Below the pieces are notes generated by a model that worked only from the letters and a program-made list of their open reading frames with translations, ran no database searches and was not told the origin of the DNA. From positions 5,857-69,856 of the forward strand of contig CAYNAR010000003.1 of NCBI GenBank assembly GCA_964395625.1: a stretch of 64,000 bases of DNA, read 5' to 3'. Origin of the DNA: an uncultured Gammaproteobacteria bacterium. Its GTDB lineage: Bacteria > Patescibacteriota > Patescibacteriia > Patescibacteriales > WJLG01. Both the position numbers and the translations under genes were made by a program. How positions within the stretch are numbered: position 1 is the first letter of the stretch; every line of letters begins with the position of its first letter. This document shows positions 9,001-14,913 of the stretch, in pieces.

Positions 9001-11909
9001 GCACTCCTTCGTCGTCATTCTCTCCTTCATCCATAAATCCTTATAACGGTGCCGTCTATGGACAATCGAATTGGTTGACCGGCGGTTTCTGGAAGATGGT
9101 CGATACTAGTTTGCCGACTGTCTACGCCGATTCCAATCAGTATACAGTCGACTTTAACGATGTTTGGGGTTCGGCCGCCGACAACAGCGAATCCTATGTG
9201 GCTTCTTATATATATTCTCCGCGCCAGAAGCAGGTCACTTTCTCTGTCGGTTCGAACGATTCGAGAATGATTTGGATCAATGGTCAGTTGGTAAGCCAGG
9301 ATTGTGCTAATCAGTCATTGGTATTAGATGATCAGTCTTTTAATTACACCTTGAAGCAAGGATGGAATACTTTCGTTATGTTCGTTTCCAATGGTAACGG
9401 TAGCTATTCGGCGCAGTGGAGAATTTCTTCGACCACTCAAGGAATGTATTATACGTCAAATCCGAGGATTTTGGTGGACAAGAATGAATATCAATTAGCT
9501 TTGAAAGGAGCTTATCTAACAGCTTCCTACGGAGCGGCCACTGTCGATTATTCAATATCCGCTTCTTCTTGGCAGTATTTCACTTTAGCCGGAGACAGCT
9601 CTTCTATCGATTTGTACATTAACGGTGTCTCTCGTGCCTCTAGCAGTGTCACCACCGCGGCTTCGGCCAATACCGAGCCCTTGCGTTTGGGTTATTTGTT
9701 TGATGGTAAACTGGACGAGGTGGTCATTAGAAACGTCAAAGATTCCAAGGATCGCGTTAAGGCTAACTACAATAACCATATCAATCAAGGAGTCGGTTCC
9801 GGAAAATTCGTGAAGAGTTTGAGCTCTGAACAGACCTATACCGGAGCTTCGGCTTCTTGGCGCGAGAACGAGGATGTCGGCAGTCCGATTCTTGGCGCGG
9901 CCTTGAATAGAAATGAGAATATACGTTTACGTTTGTCTCTTTCCAATACTTCAGGAGGAGCTTCTGTTTCTACATCTTATCGCTTGCAATATGCTTCCAC
10001 TTCAGTGAATTGTTTCTCCGGTGTCGGTTCTTGGTATGACTTGCCGGTTTACTCTACTGCGCAACATTTCGAGATGTCTTCTTCGACATATGTTATTAAT
10101 CAACAATTGACTTCCAAGGAGTTTACGGATACTGAAGGTTACTCTTTTGTTTCCGGTTCAGCCGTAGAAGAGGCCAATGCGACTTCCGCCTCTATTAGCT
10201 TGTTGCAGAACGAATATACGGAATTGGAATGGGTGATTCGTGCTAGTCATTATGCTAAAGACGGAACGACTTATTGTTTTCGTGTCGTTAACAACTCGGG
10301 CGGATTGTTGGACTCTTATGATAGATATGCGGAGGTTACTATGTCGGGAACGACTAATACGGCTCCTTCGTTCACTTATCTTCCTGGCGATGGAGGATCG
10401 GCCACCTCTACTCCGACAACTAATGGTTACGATGTCAATTTCAGAGCCACAGCCCTCGACAGTCAGGGAGATGAGTATTATTTGGCTATTTGTCAGACTA
10501 ATTCCGTGGCCGTCGGTAACGGTATAGCGCCTACTTGCCCTGGTGGTTCTTGGTGCGTCTCCAATCTGGCTTCTTCCAGTCAAGAAGCTTCCTGCTCGTA
10601 CACGACTAATTCGGCTATGGAGAGTTTGGATTGGTATGCCTTTGTCTGTGATTTGCGTTGGGGTGCCGGCGTGGCTAAATGTTCGGCTTCTAGCCAGGGA
10701 GAAGTTCCTCAGCAAGCTTCTTCGTCTCCTTTCAAGATCAATCATCGTCCATCTTTTACTGCTTTAAGCACTACAGTAGACTTCCGTGATCCAGGAGGAG
10801 TATTTACTATTTCAGCCTCCGGAGGAGATACTGACGCCAATGGACCGGATGATACCATGTATTTTTACGCTTGTCGTACGAACTCGGCCACCTTCTCTTC
10901 CGGTTGTGTCTCTGGACAGACTATTTGTTCTTCTACTGGTGCCGTTTCCTTGAATCCAAGTTGCACATACACCGATGTCGCTCCTACTCCGGCCGGAGCC
11001 AATACTTACTATGGTTTCGTTTTTGATAGTCATGGCGCATCATCTTCTCCTTCCGTACGTTCGAATACTTACACCATCAATAACGTTATGCCGGTTCTCG
11101 GTAGTACTGTCTTGAATGGCGGCAGTGATATAACGCTTAATCTTAAGGGTGCGGCGAATAGGTCGGTTCAAGTGGTGAATACTTCGGTTACGGATCAGAA
11201 CGGTTGCCAATCTTTAGTTTCGGCGACAGCCGCCGTTTTCTTGTCATCAGTGAGCGGTTCTTTCAACTGCACCGCCGACGGCAATAATTGTTATCAGATA
11301 GGTACTGGAAACTGTTTACGTAGCGATTGTTCTGGAGCCGATGACGCCATAGCCACCTATACTTGCACCGTCGGCATGAGATTTTATGCTATCCCGACCG
11401 ATAATTCCAGCAACAATCCATGGTCCAGTGACAACTGGTTATCTCGTATTCAGGTGTATGATGGCGCAAATTATGCCGCTACGACATCGGCTGGAGTGGA
11501 GGTTAATACTAATGCGGCCTTGGAGATTGCTGAAAACACTATAGATTTTGGCGGTTCGTTGTCGCCAGGAGATAATACGGGAGCTACTAATCAAGAGATA
11601 ACCGTCGTCAATTATGGAAATTCCCCGCTAGACGGAGATTTGGAGGGGTCTTCTTTACGCAGTCAAATATACGACTACATATCAGCAAACAATATTGAAT
11701 GGAGTTTGACGTCTGGGTTTAGCTATTTTACTGGGAACGATCTTTCCACTACGCCACAGACCGTTGGACTCGCTTTAGGTAAACCTACTTCAGACACCGA
11801 TTTGTCCGATAATATTTACTGGGGCATCGGTTTGCCGGCCACGACGACTGGCGGAACTTTCGAAGGCTCGACTACTTTAAGTGCGGTTTTGGATGGTTTA
11901 AGTTGGTAG
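1..11909 (+). CDS. Giant secreted/cell-surface protein, 5'-truncated by the window edge (at least 3967 aa). It contains four DUF2341-like + LamG (concanavalin-A-like) modules, five 'GYKW..C..C..W / PNF.VDT..PT.PG' + fibronectin-III-like units, a PA14-like insert and a Cys-rich C-terminal domain.
   Basis: Single uninterrupted ORF from 6 to 11909 with no in-frame stop in nt 1-5. The first residues (..IQYRSDAVSMIPNRGW..) match the interior start of later repeat modules (LVQYKTGATILNNGDW, LQQWRNSTELIENGGW, LVQYYRDTPLSNGEW), so the gene continues upstream. DUF2341-like signature 'YR.(K/R)(I/V)T........DL(T/N)(N/D)FP(V/M)(F/Y)LN ... DGGD(L/I).(I/V)T...GTRLPLELV ... GE(L/M)YF ... Y(L/I)YYG'. LamG-type signature 'GVWHL.E....DST...N...G...G..G..G.A..F.G...I......L......T.S.W....' ending in 'G..DEVR(I/L)(A/S)S..RS..W..TEYNN'. 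Fn3-like signature 'T.I...(F/L)G......NF..Y(K/R)I(F/Y)Y ... GL...T.Y.FNI(F/W)AYD.AGN'. Confidence 0.9.
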   Translation, partial: NMIQYRSDAVSMIPNRGWSMDSTVYFSATSTDKDGDFITTYYQVIGTNDTYATATSAPASACLSGISYAACTSKYWTNFGSWSDADFNYRTKITALATQVTADLTNFPVFLNMSALGVNHPIWSNMREDGGDLMITNSTGTRLPLELVRVSTSTKTGELYFRADTLADLANTDFYLYYGSSTASQPASTTTYGARNVWSNGYRGVWHLNESGVGVRDSTSYANNSSSVGGNPTFGATGKLGYAINFSGTNYILIPSDNDLEPTTNLTISSWINRGATQNDYAKPFWYGTNGADPYPAYGFEFNAASDSDLSFGSAAGGAHRNTPVYTTTANTWIYLVGTYDGTTFRLYTDGTQRTTLAYTGTISNYDNVSGLGIGNRYELTQGFTGSVDEVRIAASTRSATWISTEHNNMNGPYSFFSTSTEEVLPLTKLVAVTSIPDSAVGYKWQSMSCDSKNLCSGWTRFDNATPNFMVDTVNPTVPGPLTSSKRSETTITVRFGTASSDTNFAEYKIFYKAGSSGVKQSDLVWGSSSDSDLSSATFSGTATTTITGLNSGTQYVFNIFAYDLAGRVASATTEVVISTAGYPRDPEDLVQYKTGATILNNGDWTNLSQVSLYASSTGNERYFQLVDNSTSFTSATTTPVSPCFNNTEYAACTNKIWKSSWPWYGNSFPYRVRVTADSAYVDADLNNFPMYFNVANIPVDSNFWNHVREDGGDIVMTSDDGITRLPLELVSFATSTHSGEMYFKGNVENSTSTIFYIYYGSSTASQPAFGAAYGRNAVWTNGFEAVWHLNSITSLSDSTGNGHNGTYSGNPTNYSSGRLGGAIAFDGVGDYISTGVFGTNTIDFGNADYTASFWVRPTDTTAGALMAKGTNDTTWSSNEKQFFFTSVAGAAGNGLIPNMVGWGCDWQGAAAGNTVTSGAWNQLVYSRTDSTNTKAIYINNTSRTLVGNYNTTNTADTNTWILYLGRRISSDVNPNEDYHGVMDEVRLSSTTRSSTWLSTEYNNQNSNSSYFGVSSEESLSAGVNPITVLRIPDSVVGYKWRAMTCNSDGCSDWVSYNLATPNFYVDATSPTRPGNLTVDSTATDRMTINFGSATVESNFAYYRIYYHVGTTTDPRETDFVWDSFSDPNLASRTFNGAGSTTITNLLPNTSYSFLIFAYDLAGNKASSSVRAYSKTKFYAANPSNLQQWRNSTELIENGGWTNSSTVQFLATSTGAQGTVYMYYEVLANGSSFITSTSTPASYCSSGTSFGSCASRVWRGQGSRVFVPGLPDSATGYKWQVISCNEDTCSKNWTVFNASQPNFMVDTVAPTVPGNLTIDAVSPTTITLNLGSVVTESNFAEYKIYARPGAGVTESDYLWGSSSDSDLSSRTFNGTGSTTVTGLTASTTYYFNIWAYDLAGNRTKALVEAYRSTQGGLFNPSSLVQYYRDTPLSNGEWTSSSTVGFSATSSNSGGYTLLYYQVIAANSSFTTATTTPGSPCYTGTNYGACVSKVWYDANTDASSWYNLSYPYRVRVTTNNSKVDADLTDFPVYLNLSVLGVNSPFWNNVKSNGGDILVTNSSGTRLPLELVSISTTNKTGEMYFKGNLNNNSDTDFYIYYGYAAATQPASTTTYGSRNVWTNGYRGVWHLSESAGSTAVRDSTSYSNHSSAISGPTLGSSGKIGTSVLFSGANRILIPTSNNLEPARNLVFSLWINRSATQNTWAKPLWYGSNATNPYPAYGYEFNDTSDTDIVASVIAGGARRTVTPYTTSAGTWAYLVASYDGTTLRYYANGSEYAQTAYTGTISNYDNTSGLGIGDRYETGQGYAGYVDEVRIASTTRTSGWVSTEYNNMNSPETFFSTGTATSFPLPYKSIKVNSFPQSSIGYKWRVLACNQYSCSKNWTDFNVTTPNFKVDTTAPTAPGNLTLAGRRTDTIVLGFGSASSELHFSQYKIFWKQGMSGVTQYDNLHGSSTDINLANINYNSASTTEISGLLPNTRYVFNIFAYDQTGKIASATEQSFQTSNLVTETYSYTSGSSAGWINSPYAWDGNDDTYAYRDIPGSSANDSSSYLLGAANNAVNSTKKILMVEMGLEGYSQDSDAMDFVIQPIFLGLTAGATSTLDGSLYGRIDGDGTYYVDITSDANAPASWTWNDVINLDARVYGLNSSSTNVRAYVDQIRLRIAVDAFPEVVTNQEQRYANGTTSIPVDSWINADSLNLKAEGKDPDSLEKLFLYFQLVPTTTSFITSTSTKSIGACSFGTAYNSCTSTVWTAAYVGDPRDFSVVPFVGSTTVTSIPDGSYKWQVIACDDDDVCSPSWTRFSASSTHVRVDTTKPASPGGLSFVSHNSGSIVISFGAQTVEDNFARYRIYYRKSSTTAPMESDLEHADSNLNYIDYNGAATTTISGLSKSSEYLINIWAYDRAGNKASATVPLLASTTDGYILSETSYLIENDDGASVNLNTSPSLANVPLSGVEKGQRVNVRFQIQNTGFDQTYNKRYKIQYENNTDYPGLWYDVGGSSDIAYSYGLSGANGDAITSAKGSVNGNIWVNGLWQEGTGLSNFYNLAVNSYTEIAFSLQTVNAIAGKTYRLRVIDGSGSSTLESFSNYPALTMTSSPVKRYSKNAVSSLPSGYSDLTYYLDNQGYLDTASNNASRDSIIGSPSFMVFNFVSKLGNYDYGLSASWDGQTTLSPATNPVFLQIYRFGTVNSWVTVTSNNSAAINTDFTLAGSVSYQMEDYFDSNFNTYWRVYQSSGSGTLRTDYYNLSTTTLSSYVSQNHYRWRNDDGSIGYNNWYNDDYTYRRLVTLDNSLVPGRSNQSEFTVLISMTDLYLRSTAFSGHVQNSSGYDILFTSASGTAVKLDYEIEKYTPSTGELVAWVRLPALFPLNDTYIYMYYGNATTTASQENISGTWGSNNRAVWHLDESGASTTRNDSTANANNASTEGYDGDEDTATNIDGTDDFDGTNDHLSVVDSNSLDITSGVSISGWFNPDNTATLGSLTSGGYAQYQLVGMRWGATGATDCTPSSSFSPSSINPYNGAVYGQSNWLTGGFWKMVDTSLPTVYADSNQYTVDFNDVWGSAADNSESYVASYIYSPRQKQVTFSVGSNDSRMIWINGQLVSQDCANQSLVLDDQSFNYTLKQGWNTFVMFVSNGNGSYSAQWRISSTTQGMYYTSNPRILVDKNEYQLALKGAYLTASYGAATVDYSISASSWQYFTLAGDSSSIDLYINGVSRASSSVTTAASANTEPLRLGYLFDGKLDEVVIRNVKDSKDRVKANYNNHINQGVGSGKFVKSLSSEQTYTGASASWRENEDVGSPILGAALNRNENIRLRLSLSNTSGGASVSTSYRLQYASTSVNCFSGVGSWYDLPVYSTAQHFEMSSSTYVINQQLTSKEFTDTEGYSFVSGSAVEEANATSASISLLQNEYTELEWVIRASHYAKDGTTYCFRVVNNSGGLLDSYDRYAEVTMSGTTNTAPSFTYLPGDGGSATSTPTTNGYDVNFRATALDSQGDEYYLAICQTNSVAVGNGIAPTCPGGSWCVSNLASSSQEASCSYTTNSAMESLDWYAFVCDLRWGAGVAKCSASSQGEVPQQASSSPFKINHRPSFTALSTTVDFRDPGGVFTISASGGDTDANGPDDTMYFYACRTNSATFSSGCVSGQTICSSTGAVSLNPSCTYTDVAPTPAGANTYYGFVFDSHGASSSPSVRSNTYTINNVMPVLGSTVLNGGSDITLNLKGAANRSVQVVNTSVTDQNGCQSLVSATAAVFLSSVSGSFNCTADGNNCYQIGTGNCLRSDCSGADDAIATYTCTVGMRFYAIPTDNSSNNPWSSDNWLSRIQVYDGANYAATTSAGVEVNTNAALEIAENTIDFGGSLSPGDNTGATNQEITVVNYGNSPLDGDLEGSSLRSQIYDYISANNIEWSLTSGFSYFTGNDLSTTPQTVGLALGKPTSDTDLSDNIYWGIGLPATTTGGTFEGSTTLSAVLDGLSW
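261..1263 (+). repeat. Intragenic DUF2341-like/LamG module, copy A. Its closest paralog is at 4521-5528.
   Basis: The translated segments align end to end by eye, with the majority of positions identical. Example: 'QPASTTTYGARNVWSNGYRGVWHLNESG' versus 'QPASTTTYGSRNVWTNGYRGVWHLSESAG', and 'TGTISNYDNVSGLGIGNRYE' versus 'TGTISNYDNTSGLGIGDRYE'. Confidence 0.8.
4521..5528 (+). repeat. Intragenic DUF2341-like/LamG module, copy B (paralog of 261-1263).
   Basis: See copy A. The module at about 2007-3050 is a more divergent third copy, and about 8330-9800 is a fourth copy with an insert. Confidence 0.8.
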
Positions 11910-11955
11910 GGGCTTACCCCTTTGGCGTTTTTTATATATAATAAAGGAAGGTGAA

Positions 11956-13590
11956 ATGAAAAAAAATATTTTTTTCTTCAATTGGTTGATTTTCTTTTTG
12001 TCGTTGGCGATTTGTTTTGTCGTCGCCTTCTTTGTTTTGTCGTTGTTCGATTTTAATCGAGCTCAAGCGGCTACCGGAGACAAAATACCACCACAAATTT
12101 TCAATTCTAAGATAGAGAATATAACGGCGACATCGGCTACGGTAATTTGGCAGACCGACGAAGAATCGGATTCCATGGTCAACTATGGGTTGAATCGTAA
12201 TTACGGCATTGCGCGAGACCCTTTCTATGATAAAAAAGGGCATCAGATATTGATCGACGACCTATTGCCGGCGACCACTTATTATTTTCGCATGATATCT
12301 ACTGATCAGGAGGGAAATCAGACTATCTCTAGCGATTACACGTTCACTACCACCGGAGAGCCGAAGAAGGAGGAGGCCGCCTCCGACACGCAAGGCCAGT
12401 TTCCTGGACCATCCGACCAGCAAGGCACTTCGCCTGGGCCTTCAGATCAGCAAGGCACTTCGCCTGGGCCTGCTAAGACGGAGGGTGATTATTCTTTGCC
12501 TGCGACAAACGAACCGCTGACAGAAGACGTTATCGAGGTTTTGCAGAAAATAAACCAGATAACAAGTGAACAGGTGTTGGAAATAATCCAAGAGCAGATT
12601 CAACAGCAGGCGGAGATTCAAACTGATAAGTTAGAAATAATTTTGGACAAGGTGGATGTGGAGACGGGGGTCGACTACGCGATATTACGTTGGAAGACTA
12701 ATAAAGAGGCTAATTCCGTCGTATCCTTGGTTGAAGAGGGTGAATATAATGCCGAGGTGACTGATCCGTACCGTTGGTCGGAGGGGCAATTCGATGATAA
12801 TACAAAAGACCACGAAGTTGTCGTCACTGGCCTTAAATCGGCGACTATTTATCATTTTCAGGTTTCCTCCGAGACTTCTTTAGGTCAAAAGAGTGTTTCC
12901 GCGGATAGTGTTTTTGTCACTAAGTCCGTATTGCCGGAAATATATAATATTAGTATAGCCAAGATAGAGGAGGATGCGGCAACTATAACTTTCACGACCA
13001 ATATTCCATGCTCCTCCTTGGTTGAATATACCAATCTCGATAATGGTGACACGCGCATGGAGGGTTCATCGGCCTATACGACCATTCATAACGTTCGGTT
13101 GTCTGATTTGAAATACGACACTTATTATTCGGCCTTAATAATAGTGGAGAGTGAGTACGGGGAAAAAACAAGAAGCGCGCCGATTACCTTTTTGACTATA
13201 AAGGACGAAATCCCTCCTGCCGTATCCAAAGTCAAGAACGAATCCACTCTTTATCCTGGTGCCGACAATAAGGTGCAGACTATCGTGTCCTGGGAGACCG
13301 ACGAATTGGCTATATGTCAATTCTTCTATCACCAAGGGTTGATAGCTCCGGATAAGGTCGAGGAGTTGCCGATAGAGAAGGACTATGCACAAAAGCATAC
13401 TCAGGTCACCACTAATCTTTTGCCGTCGACCGTCTATAAATTTTGGGTCACATGCTATGACGACGTGGAAAATAAGGCGCGGTCGAGCGATTTTATAATC
13501 TTAACTCCAAGTCGCGAGCAAAGCATTATCGATATCATATTGAAGAACTTCGAAGGCACCTTCGGTTGGGTTAAAAAAATGGGTAAATAA
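11956..13590 (+). CDS. N-terminally membrane-anchored protein with about four fibronectin-III / purple-acid-phosphatase-N-like domains.
   Basis: ATG preceded by 'aaggaaggtga'. Hydrophobic N-terminus 'FFFNWLIFFLSLAICFVVAFFVLSLF'. Repeated pattern 'I...T.TSA.I.W.T.E..(D/N)S.V.YG' (for example 'IENITATSATVIWQTDEESDSMVNYGL' and 'GVDYAILRWKTNKEANSVVSL'). The stop lies 1 nt before the next start. Confidence 0.8.
   Translation: MKKNIFFFNWLIFFLSLAICFVVAFFVLSLFDFNRAQAATGDKIPPQIFNSKIENITATSATVIWQTDEESDSMVNYGLNRNYGIARDPFYDKKGHQILIDDLLPATTYYFRMISTDQEGNQTISSDYTFTTTGEPKKEEAASDTQGQFPGPSDQQGTSPGPSDQQGTSPGPAKTEGDYSLPATNEPLTEDVIEVLQKINQITSEQVLEIIQEQIQQQAEIQTDKLEIILDKVDVETGVDYAILRWKTNKEANSVVSLVEEGEYNAEVTDPYRWSEGQFDDNTKDHEVVVTGLKSATIYHFQVSSETSLGQKSVSADSVFVTKSVLPEIYNISIAKIEEDAATITFTTNIPCSSLVEYTNLDNGDTRMEGSSAYTTIHNVRLSDLKYDTYYSALIIVESEYGEKTRSAPITFLTIKDEIPPAVSKVKNESTLYPGADNKVQTIVSWETDELAICQFFYHQGLIAPDKVEELPIEKDYAQKHTQVTTNLLPSTVYKFWVTCYDDVENKARSSDFIILTPSREQSIIDIILKNFEGTFGWVKKMGK
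12409..12468 (+). repeat. Two tandem 30-bp in-frame copies encoding PSDQQGTSPG.
   Basis: ccatccgaccagcaaggcacttcgcctggg / ccttcagatcagcaaggcacttcgcctggg. The 3 differences are all third-codon-position and synonymous. Confidence 0.9.
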
Positions 13591-13591
13591 A

Positions 13592-14911
13592 ATGGAACCA
13601 GCAATCAGAGCCAGAAACATGCAAATCGTCTACAACCTTGGAAAGAAAAACGAGTTCAAGGCGATTTCTGATTTTTCTATAGACGTTTTTCCTGGGGAGT
13701 TCATTTCATTCTTTGGTCCTTCCGGATGCGGTAAATCTACGGTTTTCTACTCTATTTTAGGAGTTTTAAAACCATCTTCCGGGGAGATATTGGTGAACGG
13801 CCAGAATCCTTATTCTTTTTCTCCGCTCGAGATGGTCAAATATCAAGCCAAGACCATCGGCATTATTTATCAGGCTTTTTTTCTTATTCCTTCCTTGTCG
13901 GTCATAGATAATGTCGCCTTACCACAGACTTTTTTGGGAACTCCTTTCAGCAAGAGAAAGAAGAGGGCGCAGGAGTTATTGGATCGTTTCGGTGTGGGAA
14001 CTAAATCTGAGACATATCCGGCGTTGCTTTCCGGAGGTCAGAGCCAAAGAGTCTCCGTCGCTCGCGCCATGGTGAACAATCCGGATATTTTATTGGCCGA
14101 CGAACCTACCGGTAATTTGGACTCTAAGTCTTCTGATCAAGTCATGAATTATCTGATGGAATTATCCGATCGCGACAAGAAGACGGTTATTATGATTACG
14201 CATAACGCCGCCCAGCTTCATTATTGCCATCGCGTCTTTTACATGAAGGATGGAGCGCTATTGCGCGTCGTCCCAAATCCTGATCGTCAGCAGATAGCTA
14301 AATTCGACAAGCAGAAGGTTTTGGTGACCGAGATAGAGATATTATCCAAAATTTATCCTTATTCACAACCGGAAGAGTTGAAGGTTAAGAGTATTATCAA
14401 CTATTTAACTCAGGATTTGGACTTTATGCAGTTGGATAGATTAGAGAAGGCTACGGCTAAAATGCTTTCCAGAAAAATAAGCCGAGAAGCGTTCTATGAT
14501 TATTTGAAAGTCCCAATTTTAAATGGTGGTGTCGGTTTGACCGAAGATCGCGCTCAAGCGATGTCTTCCAAGATAGATCAAATATTGAAGCAGTCGGAGG
14601 ATGTAAGGCGCTATAGGCGCCGTATGAACGCCGGACTTTTCTATAATCGCGAAGATAAGCTGATTAGTGATATACTATTCTATATAATAGAAGAGTCTAA
14701 GGTTTTTTTGACCAGAGAGATGAAGATGCGCTTGAAACAGTTGGTTAGGGATCGTGTTTCTGGGTTGATTAGAAAGGAAGAGCTTGAGGAGGTGTTGAAA
14801 AAACCAATCGAGGAAAGGGGATTGGGCTTCGATCGCGATACGATGTTTAAGGTGGTTTCTTATTTTGAGAAGCTTTTAACGCAAGGAGTCGATACGACCA
14901 ATAAATCTTAA
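13592..14911 (+). CDS. ABC transporter ATP-binding protein (MacB/LolD/FtsE-like NBD) with a C-terminal helical, charged extension of about 210 aa.
   Basis: Walker A 'GPSGCGKST', signature 'LSGGQSQRVSVARA', Walker B 'ILLADEPTGNLD', H-loop 'ITHN'. The residues after about aa 225 have no ABC motifs. Confidence 0.92.
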   Translation: MEPAIRARNMQIVYNLGKKNEFKAISDFSIDVFPGEFISFFGPSGCGKSTVFYSILGVLKPSSGEILVNGQNPYSFSPLEMVKYQAKTIGIIYQAFFLIPSLSVIDNVALPQTFLGTPFSKRKKRAQELLDRFGVGTKSETYPALLSGGQSQRVSVARAMVNNPDILLADEPTGNLDSKSSDQVMNYLMELSDRDKKTVIMITHNAAQLHYCHRVFYMKDGALLRVVPNPDRQQIAKFDKQKVLVTEIEILSKIYPYSQPEELKVKSIINYLTQDLDFMQLDRLEKATAKMLSRKISREAFYDYLKVPILNGGVGLTEDRAQAMSSKIDQILKQSEDVRRYRRRMNAGLFYNREDKLISDILFYIIEESKVFLTREMKMRLKQLVRDRVSGLIRKEELEEVLKKPIEERGLGFDRDTMFKVVSYFEKLLTQGVDTTNKS

Positions 14912-14913
14912 TT

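Noticed and set aside
266-11033. About 25 short ORFs (60-211 aa) on the minus strand or in alternate + frames inside the giant gene, for example 930-1565(-) and 10158-10745(-).
   Set aside because: All are fully nested in a continuous 11.9-kb ORF with clear domain periodicity. Their translations are low-complexity or Arg/Ser-rich, as expected for antisense frames of a Ser/Thr/Gly-rich gene. None has an SD or promoter context.
12409-12468. Direct repeats considered as a possible CRISPR or mini-array. The palindromic units at 51460 and 54287 were also considered.
   Set aside because: The first is an in-frame coding tandem with only two copies. The second lacks regularly spaced repeat-spacer organisation. 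No cas genes are present in the window.
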